A program made the position numbers and the translations under genes. A DNA stretch of 63,087 bases, the filler included, from Aduncisulcus paluster (taxonomy: Eukaryota), in NCBI GenBank assembly GCA_024181965.1. It is 30 parts of 30 records of this genome, joined end to end, with 100 filler letters (N's around TTAATTAATTAA, not from the genome) between each part and the next. Parts side by side here need not be neighbours in the genome. Positions count along the whole stretch, not along the records: positions 23,006 to 33,683 come from BQXS01009897.1; positions 33,784 to 34,802 come from BQXS01009898.1; 28 more parts are not named here. One strand, written 5' to 3'. Below the pieces are notes generated by a model. It saw only the letters and a program-made list of their open reading frames with translations, did no database searches and was not told the DNA's origin. Shown here one piece after another: positions 24,536-34,902 of this stretch (within the stretch, counting starts at the first letter, position 1; every line of letters begins with the position of its first letter).

Positions 24536-25243
24536 ATGCAGATCATGACCCTGAACGACATGCTGGCCCAGCTTCGCGCGGAGGCCCGCATCAGCCCGAA
24601 CGTGGCGCACGGGGCGCACCTGACCGACGGTCACATTGCGATGCTCGCCCGCGTCCAAAGCGACCTCTACTCGGCCTATGACTGGCCGATGCTCAAGCTG
24701 ACCGAGACGACGACCGTGCTCGGCGGTGAACGCTATCGGACCTACCCCGAGAACTTCGACTTCGAAGGGATCGAAGACGTCTACGCCCACGGCCCGAACG
24801 GCTGGCACACGCTGGCCTACGGGATCGGGATCGAGCAACTGAACCACACGGACAGCGACGCAGGCGAGCGTGGCGACACGATCCACAAGTGGCAGCACTA
24901 CCTTTCGCCGCAGGCGGAGACGCTGAACCAGAACATGTTCGAAGTCTGGCCCGTGCCGAAGGAGAACGTGAACCTGCGCTTCTACGGCAAGCGCAAGCTC
25001 TACCCGCTCTCGAACCCGGACACGGACCGCTCGACCATCGACGGCCCCCTCGTCGTCCTCTACGCGGCGGCGGAAATCCTCGCCGGTCAGAAGGCCGAAG
25101 ACGCCACGCTCAAGCTGCAAAAGGCGCAGCAGCGCATGGACTTCATCAAACGCCGCCAGAACGCAGCGGGCGACACCCGCGTCAACATGGCGCGGCCCCG
25201 CGCGCGGGCCGTTCCGCGTCCGGGCATCGACTATATTCCGTGA
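24536..25243 (+). CDS. Putative head-tail adaptor (tail tubular protein A-like)
   Basis: Position after capsid; YDWP.L and FEVWPVP motifs typical of podoviral adaptors. Confidence 0.6.
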   Translation: MQIMTLNDMLAQLRAEARISPNVAHGAHLTDGHIAMLARVQSDLYSAYDWPMLKLTETTTVLGGERYRTYPENFDFEGIEDVYAHGPNGWHTLAYGIGIEQLNHTDSDAGERGDTIHKWQHYLSPQAETLNQNMFEVWPVPKENVNLRFYGKRKLYPLSNPDTDRSTIDGPLVVLYAAAEILAGQKAEDATLKLQKAQQRMDFIKRRQNAAGDTRVNMARPRARAVPRPGIDYIP

Positions 25244-25251
25244 GGTAATCC

Positions 25252-26688
25252 GTGCCCTATCTTCTGATCGAAGACTTCAAGCTAGGGATGGACCTGCGCA
25301 AGTCCGCGACCGCAGCCGAACCCGGCTCGCTTCGCGTGCTCAAGAACGCCTACATCACGGCGGGCGGCGAAATCGAAAAGCGCAAGACCATGACCAGCAT
25401 CGGCGTCTTGCCGCAGGGGATCACGAAGGGGCTTGCCTTCCAAGGCACGAACCTTGTGGTGTTCGGCACGGTGACGACGCAAGAGGCGTCGCCCCTGCCC
25501 GCCAACGTGGCCTACCACCAGCTTATCCCGGTGGATAGCGCGCAGCTTGTGGACGTCCTCGACGTGCAGAACTACGGCGCGAGCCTCTACGTCGTCGCCA
25601 AGATGAACGACGGCAGCGTCCGGCATTTCTTCAACAACAACGAAGTGACCGACGCCAACGCCAAGGGCACCAACGTCCGGGCGCACAAGCGCAAGATTTA
25701 CGCCGTCGATGGGGTCAACCTGCGCTTCTCGGGCATCAGCACCCCGACCGATTGGACCAACGGCACCGGCGCGGGCGTTATCGACGCCTCGACCGAAGAC
25801 GCGACCTCGACCGACCTCGTGGGGCTGGAACAGTATTATTCCTATCTCGCGGTCATGGCCCGGACCTTCATTCAGATTTGGGGGATCGACCCGGACCCGG
25901 CGCAGAACACCCAACTTCAAACCCTGAACAACATCGGACTTGTCGCGCCCAACGCAGCGGCCAGCTACGGCAACGGCGACGTGCTGTTCCTGTCGGACAC
26001 GGGCATCCGCTCGATCCGCGCCCGCGACGCATCGAACGCCGCCGTGCTGAATGACATTGGCTCGCCGGTGGACGCCTACATTCAGGCCAAGCGCGCGACC
26101 CTCACCCCGGACGAAGCCCAAAAGATCAAGGCCCTCGTGGACCCGCTGACCGGCCACTTCTGGATGATCTGGGGGCACGAAGCCTTTGTGCTGTCGCTCT
26201 ACCCGAACGCCAAAGTGACCGCTTGGTCGATCTTCGATTTCAGCACGGACGTTGAGGAAATCGTCAACGCGAACTCGCGCCTCGCGATCCGGCGCGGCGA
26301 CGAACTGTTCGTCTACGGGTCCGTGGCTCCGACCGGCAGCCCGTTCGACCCGAACACCCCCATCGGCACGTCCGCCGCGCTCTACGACAACACCAGCGTT
26401 GAAATCGAAACGCCGTTTCTGGACGCGCAGCGCCCGGCCACGAAGAAGCGGTGGACCGGGCTGGACCTGACCTGCCAAGGGAATTGGGAGGTTTACGTCA
26501 ACCCGGACCCGACCGTGCCCGGCACGTGGGTCAAGGTCGCGACCGTGACGCGGGACACTTGGAACGAGGGGCGCATCCCCCTCGACTTCACCAGCACCCA
26601 CCTTGCGGTCCGGCTTGTGAGCCAAGGCACCGGGATCGCCAAGCTGGCGACGATGGCGCTGCACTTCGACGGCGGCGAGGAAAGCTGA
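25252..26688 (+). CDS. Putative tail nozzle/DNA stabilization protein
   Basis: GTG start with GAGG RBS; beta-rich 478 aa following the adaptor. Confidence 0.6.
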   Translation: MPYLLIEDFKLGMDLRKSATAAEPGSLRVLKNAYITAGGEIEKRKTMTSIGVLPQGITKGLAFQGTNLVVFGTVTTQEASPLPANVAYHQLIPVDSAQLVDVLDVQNYGASLYVVAKMNDGSVRHFFNNNEVTDANAKGTNVRAHKRKIYAVDGVNLRFSGISTPTDWTNGTGAGVIDASTEDATSTDLVGLEQYYSYLAVMARTFIQIWGIDPDPAQNTQLQTLNNIGLVAPNAAASYGNGDVLFLSDTGIRSIRARDASNAAVLNDIGSPVDAYIQAKRATLTPDEAQKIKALVDPLTGHFWMIWGHEAFVLSLYPNAKVTAWSIFDFSTDVEEIVNANSRLAIRRGDELFVYGSVAPTGSPFDPNTPIGTSAALYDNTSVEIETPFLDAQRPATKKRWTGLDLTCQGNWEVYVNPDPTVPGTWVKVATVTRDTWNEGRIPLDFTSTHLAVRLVSQGTGIAKLATMALHFDGGEES

Positions 26689-27200
26689 TGGCGGTCGAAC
26701 TCGCAGCCGAACCCCCGCCCGAAGACGTCCTGCACGTCGCCCGGAACATGCGCGAGCGTGACCGGGAGGAAATTTTCGCGACCCGCTGGGAAGACGACCC
26801 GGACGCCGTGGCGCGCGACGCGTCCGCCACCGGCGCGATGCACTGGTGCGCGTATCGGGACAGCAAGCCCGTCGCCGTCTTCGGCGTCCAGCCGCGTTGG
26901 CCGAAGGTCTGGACGGCGTGGGCCTTTGCTACGGACGAATGGCGCGGCGTGATCGGGGCCGTCACCCGGCACTCCCGCCGGTTCGTCCTGCCCGCGCTCT
27001 ACAACGCAGGCGCGATCCGTGTTGACTGTTTGTCTATGGCAACCCACACGGACGCCCGCAACTGGCTGGAATACCTCGGCGCAACCCCCGAGAAAACCTT
27101 TGCCAATTGGGGCAAAAACGGCGAAGACTTTGTAAGCTATTGTTGGACGCGACAAACAATGGAGCGGATCATCGCGAAAGCGCGCATTGATCTGACCTGA
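26688..27200 (+). CDS. Phage GNAT-like protein (T7 gp13-like)
   Basis: True start is the ATG in TGATG at 26688; MRERDREEI, WAFATD and WLEYLGA motifs. Confidence 0.7.
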   Translation: MAVELAAEPPPEDVLHVARNMRERDREEIFATRWEDDPDAVARDASATGAMHWCAYRDSKPVAVFGVQPRWPKVWTAWAFATDEWRGVIGAVTRHSRRFVLPALYNAGAIRVDCLSMATHTDARNWLEYLGATPEKTFANWGKNGEDFVSYCWTRQTMERIIAKARIDLT

Positions 27201-27265
27201 CCCGGAAACTGCACGCCCCGCGTCCGCGTGAAGTTTGGTCAACACACTGAGCGAAAGAAACTCTC

Positions 27266-28261
27266 GTGTGCGGTTCCAAACCCAAAGTTGATAATTCCGC
27301 CGCCGAAGCGGCAGCCGCCGAAGCGAAAGCCGCGCGGCAGAAGGAAGAACAGCGCCAAGCCCGCATCAACGCGGGCATGTCCAACATTGACGCCGTGTTC
27401 GGCTCGGGCGGCAGCGTTGTCGATCCGTCGAAACTCGTCGGCAGCGGCGCGGCCTACGACCCCAACGCCACCTACTACCTCGCGGACGGCACCCAATGGT
27501 CGCCCACGAAATACGCCGCGACGCAGCCCGCGCCGAACGCAGGCGGCACGACCGGCGGCTTCGGCAACATCTTCAATGGCGGCCTGAACATTCCGCAGGG
27601 CGACAACGTGGGCCAAGCGGCGGGCAACGTCCTCGGCTCTGTCCTCGGTTCGATCTTCTCGGGCTTCGGTCAGAAGAAGGACAACAAGGCCGCGACGGGC
27701 GCGTGGAACAAGGAATGGCAAGACGCCATCGGCAAGGGCCTGTTCACGGGCACCAAGACCGTGAGCGGCTTCGATCAGTCCTATTTCGACAACGTGAAGT
27801 CCGACTACATGGACTACTACCAGCCGCAACTGGACAAGCAGTTCGGCACCGCGACCGACAACCTGACCTTCGCGCTCGCCCGCGCCGGGACGCTGAACTC
27901 GTCCATCGCCGGGCAGAAGCAGGCGGACCTGACCACGCGATACACCGACAACCTCGCCTCGCTCCTGTCGCAAGCGAGCGGCGCGGCGGACGACGCACGC
28001 AACAAGCTGAACAGCGAAAAGTCGTCCATGATTTCGCTTCTGAACTCGACCGGCAACGCGGACATGGTGGGCAACGAAGCCCTTGCCCGGACGCAGATGC
28101 TGCAAAACCAGCGCCCGACCTACAACCCCATTGGGGACGTGTTCGGCGGCGCTGCGATGGGCGTCGGCCAGTATCTCCAAAACCAACAGAACCGCAGCAT
28201 GTATGACGCCTATATGGGCGGCGGCAGCGGCTCGCGCGCTTCGGCGCGCGTCGTGAATTGA
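27266..28261 (+). CDS. Putative internal virion/ejection protein
   Basis: MCGSKPK start; Ala/Gly/Gln-rich and helical; position after GNAT. Confidence 0.6.
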   Translation: MCGSKPKVDNSAAEAAAAEAKAARQKEEQRQARINAGMSNIDAVFGSGGSVVDPSKLVGSGAAYDPNATYYLADGTQWSPTKYAATQPAPNAGGTTGGFGNIFNGGLNIPQGDNVGQAAGNVLGSVLGSIFSGFGQKKDNKAATGAWNKEWQDAIGKGLFTGTKTVSGFDQSYFDNVKSDYMDYYQPQLDKQFGTATDNLTFALARAGTLNSSIAGQKQADLTTRYTDNLASLLSQASGAADDARNKLNSEKSSMISLLNSTGNADMVGNEALARTQMLQNQRPTYNPIGDVFGGAAMGVGQYLQNQQNRSMYDAYMGGGSGSRASARVVN

Positions 28262-28271
28262 GGGCCTGACA

Positions 28272-29000
28272 ATGTGTGATCCTCTCTCCATCGCAGCGGT
28301 CGCCCTCAGCGCAGGCGGAGCCTACTATCAGGGCCAGACGCAGGCGAACTACGTGGACGCGGTGAACAAGGCCAACCGCCAAGCCTACGACGTTTCGAAG
28401 GCTGCGCGCGAAGCTGAGCAGGCCCGGCAGGACCAGTTTTCGCAGCGGTCGCAGCAGTCCTTCGGGGACGCGCTCAACAACATGTCCAGCGACAAGGCGA
28501 CCGCCGATCAGAACCAAGGCGCGGACCAGTTCGCCGCCGACCTCGTGGCCGCTGAAAAGCCCACGGCGGGCGAGCAGGGTTTCCTTCTGCCCGGCCAAGG
28601 CGAAAGCTCGGTCGCGGTCAAGGATTGGATCGCACGCGAGGCGAACACTCAGGCGCAGGACGCGAGCCGCCGGATCAAGGCCCTCGCCAACATGACCGGG
28701 CGCGGCAGCGCGCAGGATCAGCGCCTCGGCAACATGATGGGCGCACAGGACCAGATCAATGTGACCAACAACCTGCGGCGCGGCTCGCTTGGCGCTTCGC
28801 AGTTAGAGCAGAACATTCCGGCGGCGCAAGTCACCCCCGGCTCGGGCACGCTCGGCGCGCTCCTGTCCGGCGCGGGCATGTTGCTGGGGTCCGGCGCGCT
28901 CGGCGGCGCGTCCGTGATGGGTCCGGCGGGCATGGCGCAAACCGCCTCGATCTTCGACATTAACCCGCTCGCGTCTTCCTTCAAGTTTGGACCGATCTGA
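28272..29000 (+). CDS. Putative internal virion/ejection protein (T7 gp14-like N-terminus)
   Basis: MCDPLSIAAVALSAGG start, GAGG RBS, Gly-rich hydrophobic C-terminus. Confidence 0.65.
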   Translation: MCDPLSIAAVALSAGGAYYQGQTQANYVDAVNKANRQAYDVSKAAREAEQARQDQFSQRSQQSFGDALNNMSSDKATADQNQGADQFAADLVAAEKPTAGEQGFLLPGQGESSVAVKDWIAREANTQAQDASRRIKALANMTGRGSAQDQRLGNMMGAQDQINVTNNLRRGSLGASQLEQNIPAAQVTPGSGTLGALLSGAGMLLGSGALGGASVMGPAGMAQTASIFDINPLASSFKFGPI

Positions 29001-30058
29001 TGAACTCGACCGTGAACACCAACGCAATCGCCCAAGGTTTCGGTGCGCTCGCCAAGGCGCTCGCCCCGGACTACAACGGCATGATCCAAGCGGACCTTGC
29101 GGGCTACCGGCGCGACAACATCGCGGCGGACACCGGCTATCGCAACGCCCTGACCGGCAAGGTCGGGCTGGAAAGCGACCGGCTCAAGGCCGACAACACG
29201 GCGGTCGCAGCGGCCCGCGCGGCTATCGCGTCCGGGCTGACCGACCCCCAATCCCTCGGCGCGATCTTCGCGGGCGCTTACGGTGACGCGGGCACGATGA
29301 ACGCCGCCGGTGGCTTCTCGACGGCCTACCAAAGCAGCGTCAACCCGGACTTCGTGAACAGCCCGAACTTCTCGGGCGTGCTCGCAGGCACCGGCGTCCA
29401 GACCTACCAGAACACCCCGCAAGGCCAAGCCAACAGCCTCGCGTCCACGCTCGCCGTCCAGCAGTCCGCGAACGACGGCGCGGTGGCGACGCAGGAAAGC
29501 CGCAACGCGGGCGCGCTCGGTCTGCAACAGGACCAACAGCAGTTCGCACTGGAACACCCCGGCGTCGCCCTGCCGGGCAAGTCCGGGGCTAACCCCGGCA
29601 AAGTGTCCGTGCTGGACGTCAAGCGGATGGCGGAAGACCCGACCACCAAGAACATCATCGACAAGGCAGCCCCCGGCCCGCTCTCCGAAGCGGCGCGCTC
29701 GGCTGTCCTCACCCGCGCGTCTCAGATTTACCAGCAGACGAACAACTGGCTCGCGGCGGTCCAGCAGGCGACCGACGAATTTACCTACACCGAGGGCAGC
29801 ACCGACGCCCCCGGATGGTTTACCGGGAACCTCTACGAAGCGACCCCCGGCGCGCCTACGGGCGCTACCCTCCCGGCGGGGTCTAATCCCCCCGCTGATA
29901 ACCCCGCCCCTGCGAACCCCGTTGCTCCTGCGGGCGCGAGCGGGGGCGGGTCCAACGTCGCCTACGAAGGCCAGCGCGCCCGCGCGCCCGATGGCTCGAT
30001 CTACGTCGTCCGCAATGGTCAGTGGGTGCCTGACACGCAGGGGGCACCTGCGCCGTGA
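29000..30058 (+). CDS. Putative internal virion/ejection protein
   Basis: TGATG coupling; Ala/Gly-rich; C-terminal YEGQRARAPDGSIYVVRNGQWVP. Confidence 0.6.
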   Translation: MNSTVNTNAIAQGFGALAKALAPDYNGMIQADLAGYRRDNIAADTGYRNALTGKVGLESDRLKADNTAVAAARAAIASGLTDPQSLGAIFAGAYGDAGTMNAAGGFSTAYQSSVNPDFVNSPNFSGVLAGTGVQTYQNTPQGQANSLASTLAVQQSANDGAVATQESRNAGALGLQQDQQQFALEHPGVALPGKSGANPGKVSVLDVKRMAEDPTTKNIIDKAAPGPLSEAARSAVLTRASQIYQQTNNWLAAVQQATDEFTYTEGSTDAPGWFTGNLYEATPGAPTGATLPAGSNPPADNPAPANPVAPAGASGGGSNVAYEGQRARAPDGSIYVVRNGQWVPDTQGAPAP

Positions 30059-30678
30059 ACCTCGACTTCCCGACCCTGATCGCCCGGCAAATCCAGCAGG
30101 AAAGCGGTGGCAACCCCAACGCCGTCTCGCCGGTGGGGGCGGTCGGCCTCATGCAGATCATGCCCGCGACCGCAGCCAACCCCGGCTTCGGCGTCGCGCC
30201 GCTGTCTGCCGATCAGCTTCGCGACCCGGCGGCGAACCGCGCCTTCGGGGAAAGCTACATGCAGGCCATGCTGAACCGCTACGGCGGCGATCAGGCAAAG
30301 GCGCTCGCGGCCTATAATTGGGGCGCGGGGAACGCGGACAACTGGAACGGCAACATGGCCGCCCTGCCCGCCGAAACGCGCGGCTACATCAATGCGATCC
30401 TTGGCGGCACCGGCGGCGCACCCGTCGCTTCGGCCCCCGGCGCACCGGCCCCGCAGCAGGGCCAGCCCGCGCCGCAGATCGGTGACTTGCTCGGCCCGCC
30501 GCCGGGAATGGGTCAGATGGCCCCCGGAATGGGTCAGATGGCCCCGATGGGCCGCGCGTCCGCGTCCGCAGCCCCGAACAGCTTCGCAGCTCTCATCGCG
30601 GACGTGGAACGCGAGCAACAAGCCCAACAGCTACAGTCCGTCCGTGGCGGACTTCTCCCGATGCTCGGGAACTTCTAA
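30055..30678 (+). CDS. Virion-associated lytic transglycosylase (SLT domain)
   Basis: QESGGNPNAVS..GAVGLMQIMP and ALAAYNWG motifs; GMGQMAP tandem repeat in the tail. Confidence 0.92.
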   Translation: MNLDFPTLIARQIQQESGGNPNAVSPVGAVGLMQIMPATAANPGFGVAPLSADQLRDPAANRAFGESYMQAMLNRYGGDQAKALAAYNWGAGNADNWNGNMAALPAETRGYINAILGGTGGAPVASAPGAPAPQQGQPAPQIGDLLGPPPGMGQMAPGMGQMAPMGRASASAAPNSFAALIADVEREQQAQQLQSVRGGLLPMLGNF

Positions 30679-30690
30679 GGAGCGAACCCC

Positions 30691-33683
30691 ATGACCAACC
30701 TGCCCGGCGTCCCTCTCCCCGACGGCTTTCAGATGTTGGACGCACCCGGCGGCGTTCCGCTCCCCGACGGCTTTCAGATGATCGACGCCCCGCAGCCCGG
30801 CGGCGTTCCGCTCCCCGACGGCTTCCAGATGCTGGACGCGCCCGCTCCCGTTGCGCCTGCGGCTCCCGCCGTGCCTGCCCCTGCGGAGGGGCCGGGGTTC
30901 TTCGACACGCTCGGCAACGCCGTCGTGCGCGGCAAGAACAACTATCTCGACCAGACCGCGAACATCGCGGGCTACATGACCGGGGCGATGGACCCAGCGC
31001 AGACGGCCCGTGCGATCCTGAAAGACCTCAGCGAAGCGCAAGCCCACCCCATGTCCGACGGCGGGGCGCGGGCCATGCAGTCCATGCAGGAGCGCGGGCA
31101 GTCCGAAGGCTGGCGCGGCACGTTGAGCGCCGCGCTCGAACACCCGCTGGACACCGCGTCCGGCGTTGGTCAGGTCGCGGTTGAAGCCCTCACGGCCCTC
31201 CCCGCGCAGATGGCCGCCATGACCGCAGGCGCGGCAGGCGGCAGCGCGGTTGGCGGCCCCGTCGGCGGCGTCCTCGGCGGCGCGGCGGGCATGGGCCTCA
31301 CGTCCGGGGCGATGGAATTTGCCTCGGGGATCGTGGGCGGCCTGCAACAAGCTGGCGTCCCGCTCACTGAGGAAAACGTGACGGCGCTCCTGTCCGACCC
31401 GGAGTTCATGGCCGAAGTGAAGAAGCGCGCGGCCACCGGCGGCGCTATCGTCGGCGGCTTCGACGCCCTCACGGCAGGCGTGGCTGGCCGTCTTTTCGGC
31501 CCCGTCCGCCGCATGGCCGAACCGGCCACCGGCAAGATTGTCTCGGGCGTCCTCGGCGCGGGCGCNNNNNNNNNNNNNNNNNNNNNNNNNNNNNNNNNNN
31601 NNNNNNNNNNNNNNNNNCAAGCAGCTTGCGAATGATGGGCAGATCACCAACCCGGCGGACGTTCTGGTCGAAGCCTTGGCCGAAGTCCCCGGCGCAGCCG
31701 TCGAAGTGCCCGGCACCTACGCCGCGATCAAGGCGGGCGAAGGTTCGAAGGCGGACGTGCAGGGTAAGAAGGTGGCGAGCGCAATCGACCAGCAGGTCAA
31801 CGCAAACCCCCTGCCTGACGCGCCCGCGCTCGTGCCTGAAACGGCCCAAACCCAACCGCTCCCGCAAAGCGGCGTCCAGCTTCCCGACGGCTTTACGCTC
31901 ATGCCTGAACCGGCACAGCCGACGCCGCAGGAAGCCGTCAAGCCGGTGGAGCAACCGGCCCCGGCCCCGGTCGAACCTGCATCCGGCAAAGAGCAGGTAG
32001 CATCTACTGCGCCGCAGCCCGAACCGCAGCCCGCCGAAGGCGACCTGCCCGATCCGGCCATGCCGCCGCTCGGACAGGAAGACACGCCCGCGCCGCAAGC
32101 TGAAACCCCGGCAACCCCGGACGCGCCGCCGATGGACGCAGGCCACGCGACCCCCGACTTCGCGGACGCGAACGGCCTCGACGTGCCGAAGGACAACCGC
32201 GACCGTGGCGTGACCGACGGCACCTATACCGTCAACGGCCATTGGGCGCTGCGCAATGACCTCGTGCCCGACACGAGCCAACGGCGCATGACGCACGTTG
32301 CCAACGAAGGCGACGCAGGCGCGCCCTCGGCTGGCGCTATCGGGCGCATTATGAACAACGTCCCTGACCGGCTCGACCGGGCGCAGCCGATTTCGTGGCG
32401 CATCGCGGCCACCGACCCCGAAGCGAACTCGACGGACGCGCAGCGCGTCGTCGGCGTCCTGCCCGACGGCAAACCCGTCGCGGTCCGGGGGTCCGACTTC
32501 GGCTATCTGGTGAACCGCGCAGGCTTCACCCTCGCCGCGAACGCGGACGGCAAAGCCGTCGGCGTCTACGACAGCAACGGCGAGCGCGTCGGCCTCGTGC
32601 AGCCGGTCCGCACGGGCCGCGAAGAACGCCCCGGCTACCTCGCGAACCTGCCCGAATACGACGCCACGGTCCGCCCGAGCCGGGGGCCGCAGAACCCCAC
32701 CGGCACTTTCGCAGGCGGGCCGAAAGCCCCTGCGCTCAAACCCGGCGAAGGCAAGGCCATCGACGCCAAGCGCGCCGAAAGCGTGAAGACCTTGGACGAG
32801 GCGAAAGCCGAAATCGAGCGGCGCATCGCGGCGGGTGACGAAACCCCCGTGCGCGCCGAACTCTCGACCCCGAGCGGGCGCAAGACGGCCTTCACCTTCC
32901 CGGCCACTGAAAAGGGGCTGGAAAACATCAAGCGCGTCCAGCGCGAATGGAAGTCCAAGCCTCGCGCGGTGCTGGCGGACGCCGCCCCCGGCGGCCTGTC
33001 TGCGGACGTGGCGACGGCAACCCCGGACGCGACCGAACAAGTCACCGAACAAGTCTCCAAGTCCAAGGGCACCCGTGGGCCGCGCGGCGGCATGACGCCC
33101 CGGACCCGCGAAGTCTCGTTCTCGACCAAGGCGGCCACCGACCGCGCCGCGTTTGTGGACGCAGGCATGACCCCCGAAGAAGGGATTTTGGCAAAGCCGC
33201 CGCGCAAGCGCGACGAACTGGCACACGTCCTCTGGAACCGCTTCCGCATTTTGGTCAACTTCCCCGGCGGCAAGGACAAGATCGCCGTCCTTGACGCCGT
33301 GGATCAGATGCTGGACGCGCACCGCAATATCCGCTTCATGCTGCACGCGCTGCAACTGCCGGAGAAGGCCATCAGCCTCGGCGGCACGCTCTCGCTTTCG
33401 CTCGAACGCTTCCGTGGCAAATACCTCGGGGCCTACGCTCACGGCACCCAAACGATCCACATGCCGGGGCGCTCGAATTCGTTCGCCCATGAATGGATGC
33501 ACGCGCTGGACCACTACCTGCGCGACAAGCTGACGCCGAACGCCACGGGCGACCTTCTGTCGCAGGTCGCCCGTGGCGAGGGTCTGGACGTGAACGGCTC
33601 GGTCGAAGCGGCCTATGTCGATCTGATCCACACCATGTTCTTCGATGAAGACGCGCTGGCCGTGAAGATGCTGGACCTCGAAA
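30691..33683 (+). CDS. Large polyvalent virion protein with zincin-like HExxH domain (internal gap 31566-31617; 3' truncated)
   Basis: AAGGAG RBS; two ORF-track pieces separated only by an N gap; N-terminal LPDGF repeats, glycine zipper, and SFAHEWMHALDHYL motif. Confidence 0.7.
30706..30843 (+). repeat. Three tandem GVPLPDGFQMxDAP coding repeats
   Basis: CTCCCCGACGGCTT(T/C)CAGATG three times; a related GVQLPDGF copy near 31871. Confidence 0.9.
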
Positions 33684-33789
33684 NNNNNNNNNNNNNNNNN
33701 NNNNNNNNNNNNNNNNNNNNNNNNNNNTTAATTAATTAANNNNNNNNNNNNNNNNNNNNNNNNNNNNNNNNNNNNNNNNNNNNGCTTTT

Positions 33790-34242
33790 TTAGTATCTGG
33801 CTTTGTCCTTAATCTCCCGGTAATACTCCTCTACACCAATGGTTTTCATTCTTTTGTTGGTGTTTACGGAGCGTTGGTTTAGGTGTTCATCGAATCCGGT
33901 GTTGCCACAAGGAAAATCAGTACACTCAAAGCAGTAGTCAACTCCTTTTGCTTCGGAGCAAGAGCGTACCATGCAATTTGCGAACAGTTTGCATTTTTCG
34001 TTTCGGCAACCCGAACATTCTGCCAGAGAGAAATAATCCAGCATCTCTTTAAAATCGGGATACTTCTCGAATACTGGTTTGTTCAGTAAATCCACAAATC
34101 GCTCGGCATAAACCGAGAATTCTCCCAAGTCATTTTGCAGGGCCTGGCTCTTTTTGGCTATGTCACCATCCTTAAAAGCAAAGCATTTTCCGCAGTGCAA
34201 TCCGCATGGTGCTAATCGGGTTTTAATATATTCGTAGTTCAT
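33790..34242 (-). CDS. DUF3795-like Cys-rich (Fe-S/Zn) protein
   Basis: APCGLHCGKC, CSGCR, C.VRSC and YCFECTDFPC motifs. Confidence 0.8.
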   Translation of the reverse strand: MNYEYIKTRLAPCGLHCGKCFAFKDGDIAKKSQALQNDLGEFSVYAERFVDLLNKPVFEKYPDFKEMLDYFSLAECSGCRNEKCKLFANCMVRSCSEAKGVDYCFECTDFPCGNTGFDEHLNQRSVNTNKRMKTIGVEEYYREIKDKARY

Positions 34243-34271
34243 GATTAGTTAGTTATCTTATCTATCCAAAA

Positions 34272-34802
34272 TTAAAAAGGTAAAAATTTTCTTTTCACTC
34301 TATAATGCAAATTAAGTGCTTCAATAATCAGTTCAGGTTCAACTATTAAATTTGTAATAATAAAGTTCCGTTCATTTTTTTGTTCTATTGATAAATAACG
34401 AAATGAGTGTACAAATCTTCTTGATGATCGGGTTTCAATCAGTGAACAATCACAAATGTCAGCACGATTAAGCTTAATTCTTGTCCCATCTTTTTCATAA
34501 GTAATGGTTTTTAACTCTCGATCAATAAGGATGGAAGTGTTCTCATTTTTAAGCCAATAGCTAAAGTAAAGTAGCAGTGATGGTAACCAATACATACTAA
34601 AGAACAAATAAATCTTCCATGCAATATCAAAATCTCTTCCTTCTAAAAAGAAAGAAAAAATAAGGGTAGAGATAAGGCAGATAATTAGCCAGGTAAAATG
34701 TTTGAATTTCTTCTTTTCTTTAAATTTATAGATTTTCAGTTGATCATCATTACTAATTCTCAGCTTCTTGCTTAAAGCGGCAAGTCGATCGGCATTTTTC
34801 TT
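34272..34802 (-). CDS. Hypothetical membrane protein (start uncertain)
   Basis: Frame stays open to the contig end; two TM segments followed by a soluble domain. Confidence 0.55.
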   Translation of the reverse strand, partial: KKNADRLAALSKKLRISNDDQLKIYKFKEKKKFKHFTWLIICLISTLIFSFFLEGRDFDIAWKIYLFFSMYWLPSLLLYFSYWLKNENTSILIDRELKTITYEKDGTRIKLNRADICDCSLIETRSSRRFVHSFRYLSIEQKNERNFIITNLIVEPELIIEALNLHYRVKRKFLPF

Positions 34803-34902
34803 NNNNNNNNNNNNNNNNNNNNNNNNNNNNNNNNNNNNNNNNNNNNTTAATTAATTAANNNNNNNNNNNNNNNNNNNNNNNNNNNNNNNNNNNNNNNNNN
34901 NN

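Larger units (their letters stand above)
23006..33683 (+). mobile_element. Podovirus-like phage virion module (whole contig)
   Basis: Co-oriented, tightly packed GC-rich genes in the order capsid, adaptor, nozzle, GNAT, internal virion proteins, transglycosylase, large polyvalent protein. Confidence 0.88.

Noticed and set aside
22958-33631. Long antisense ORFs over the phage module (e.g. 324, 460, 350 and 720 aa)
   Set aside because: Expected by-product of high GC and codon bias on the sense strand; no motifs or RBS support.
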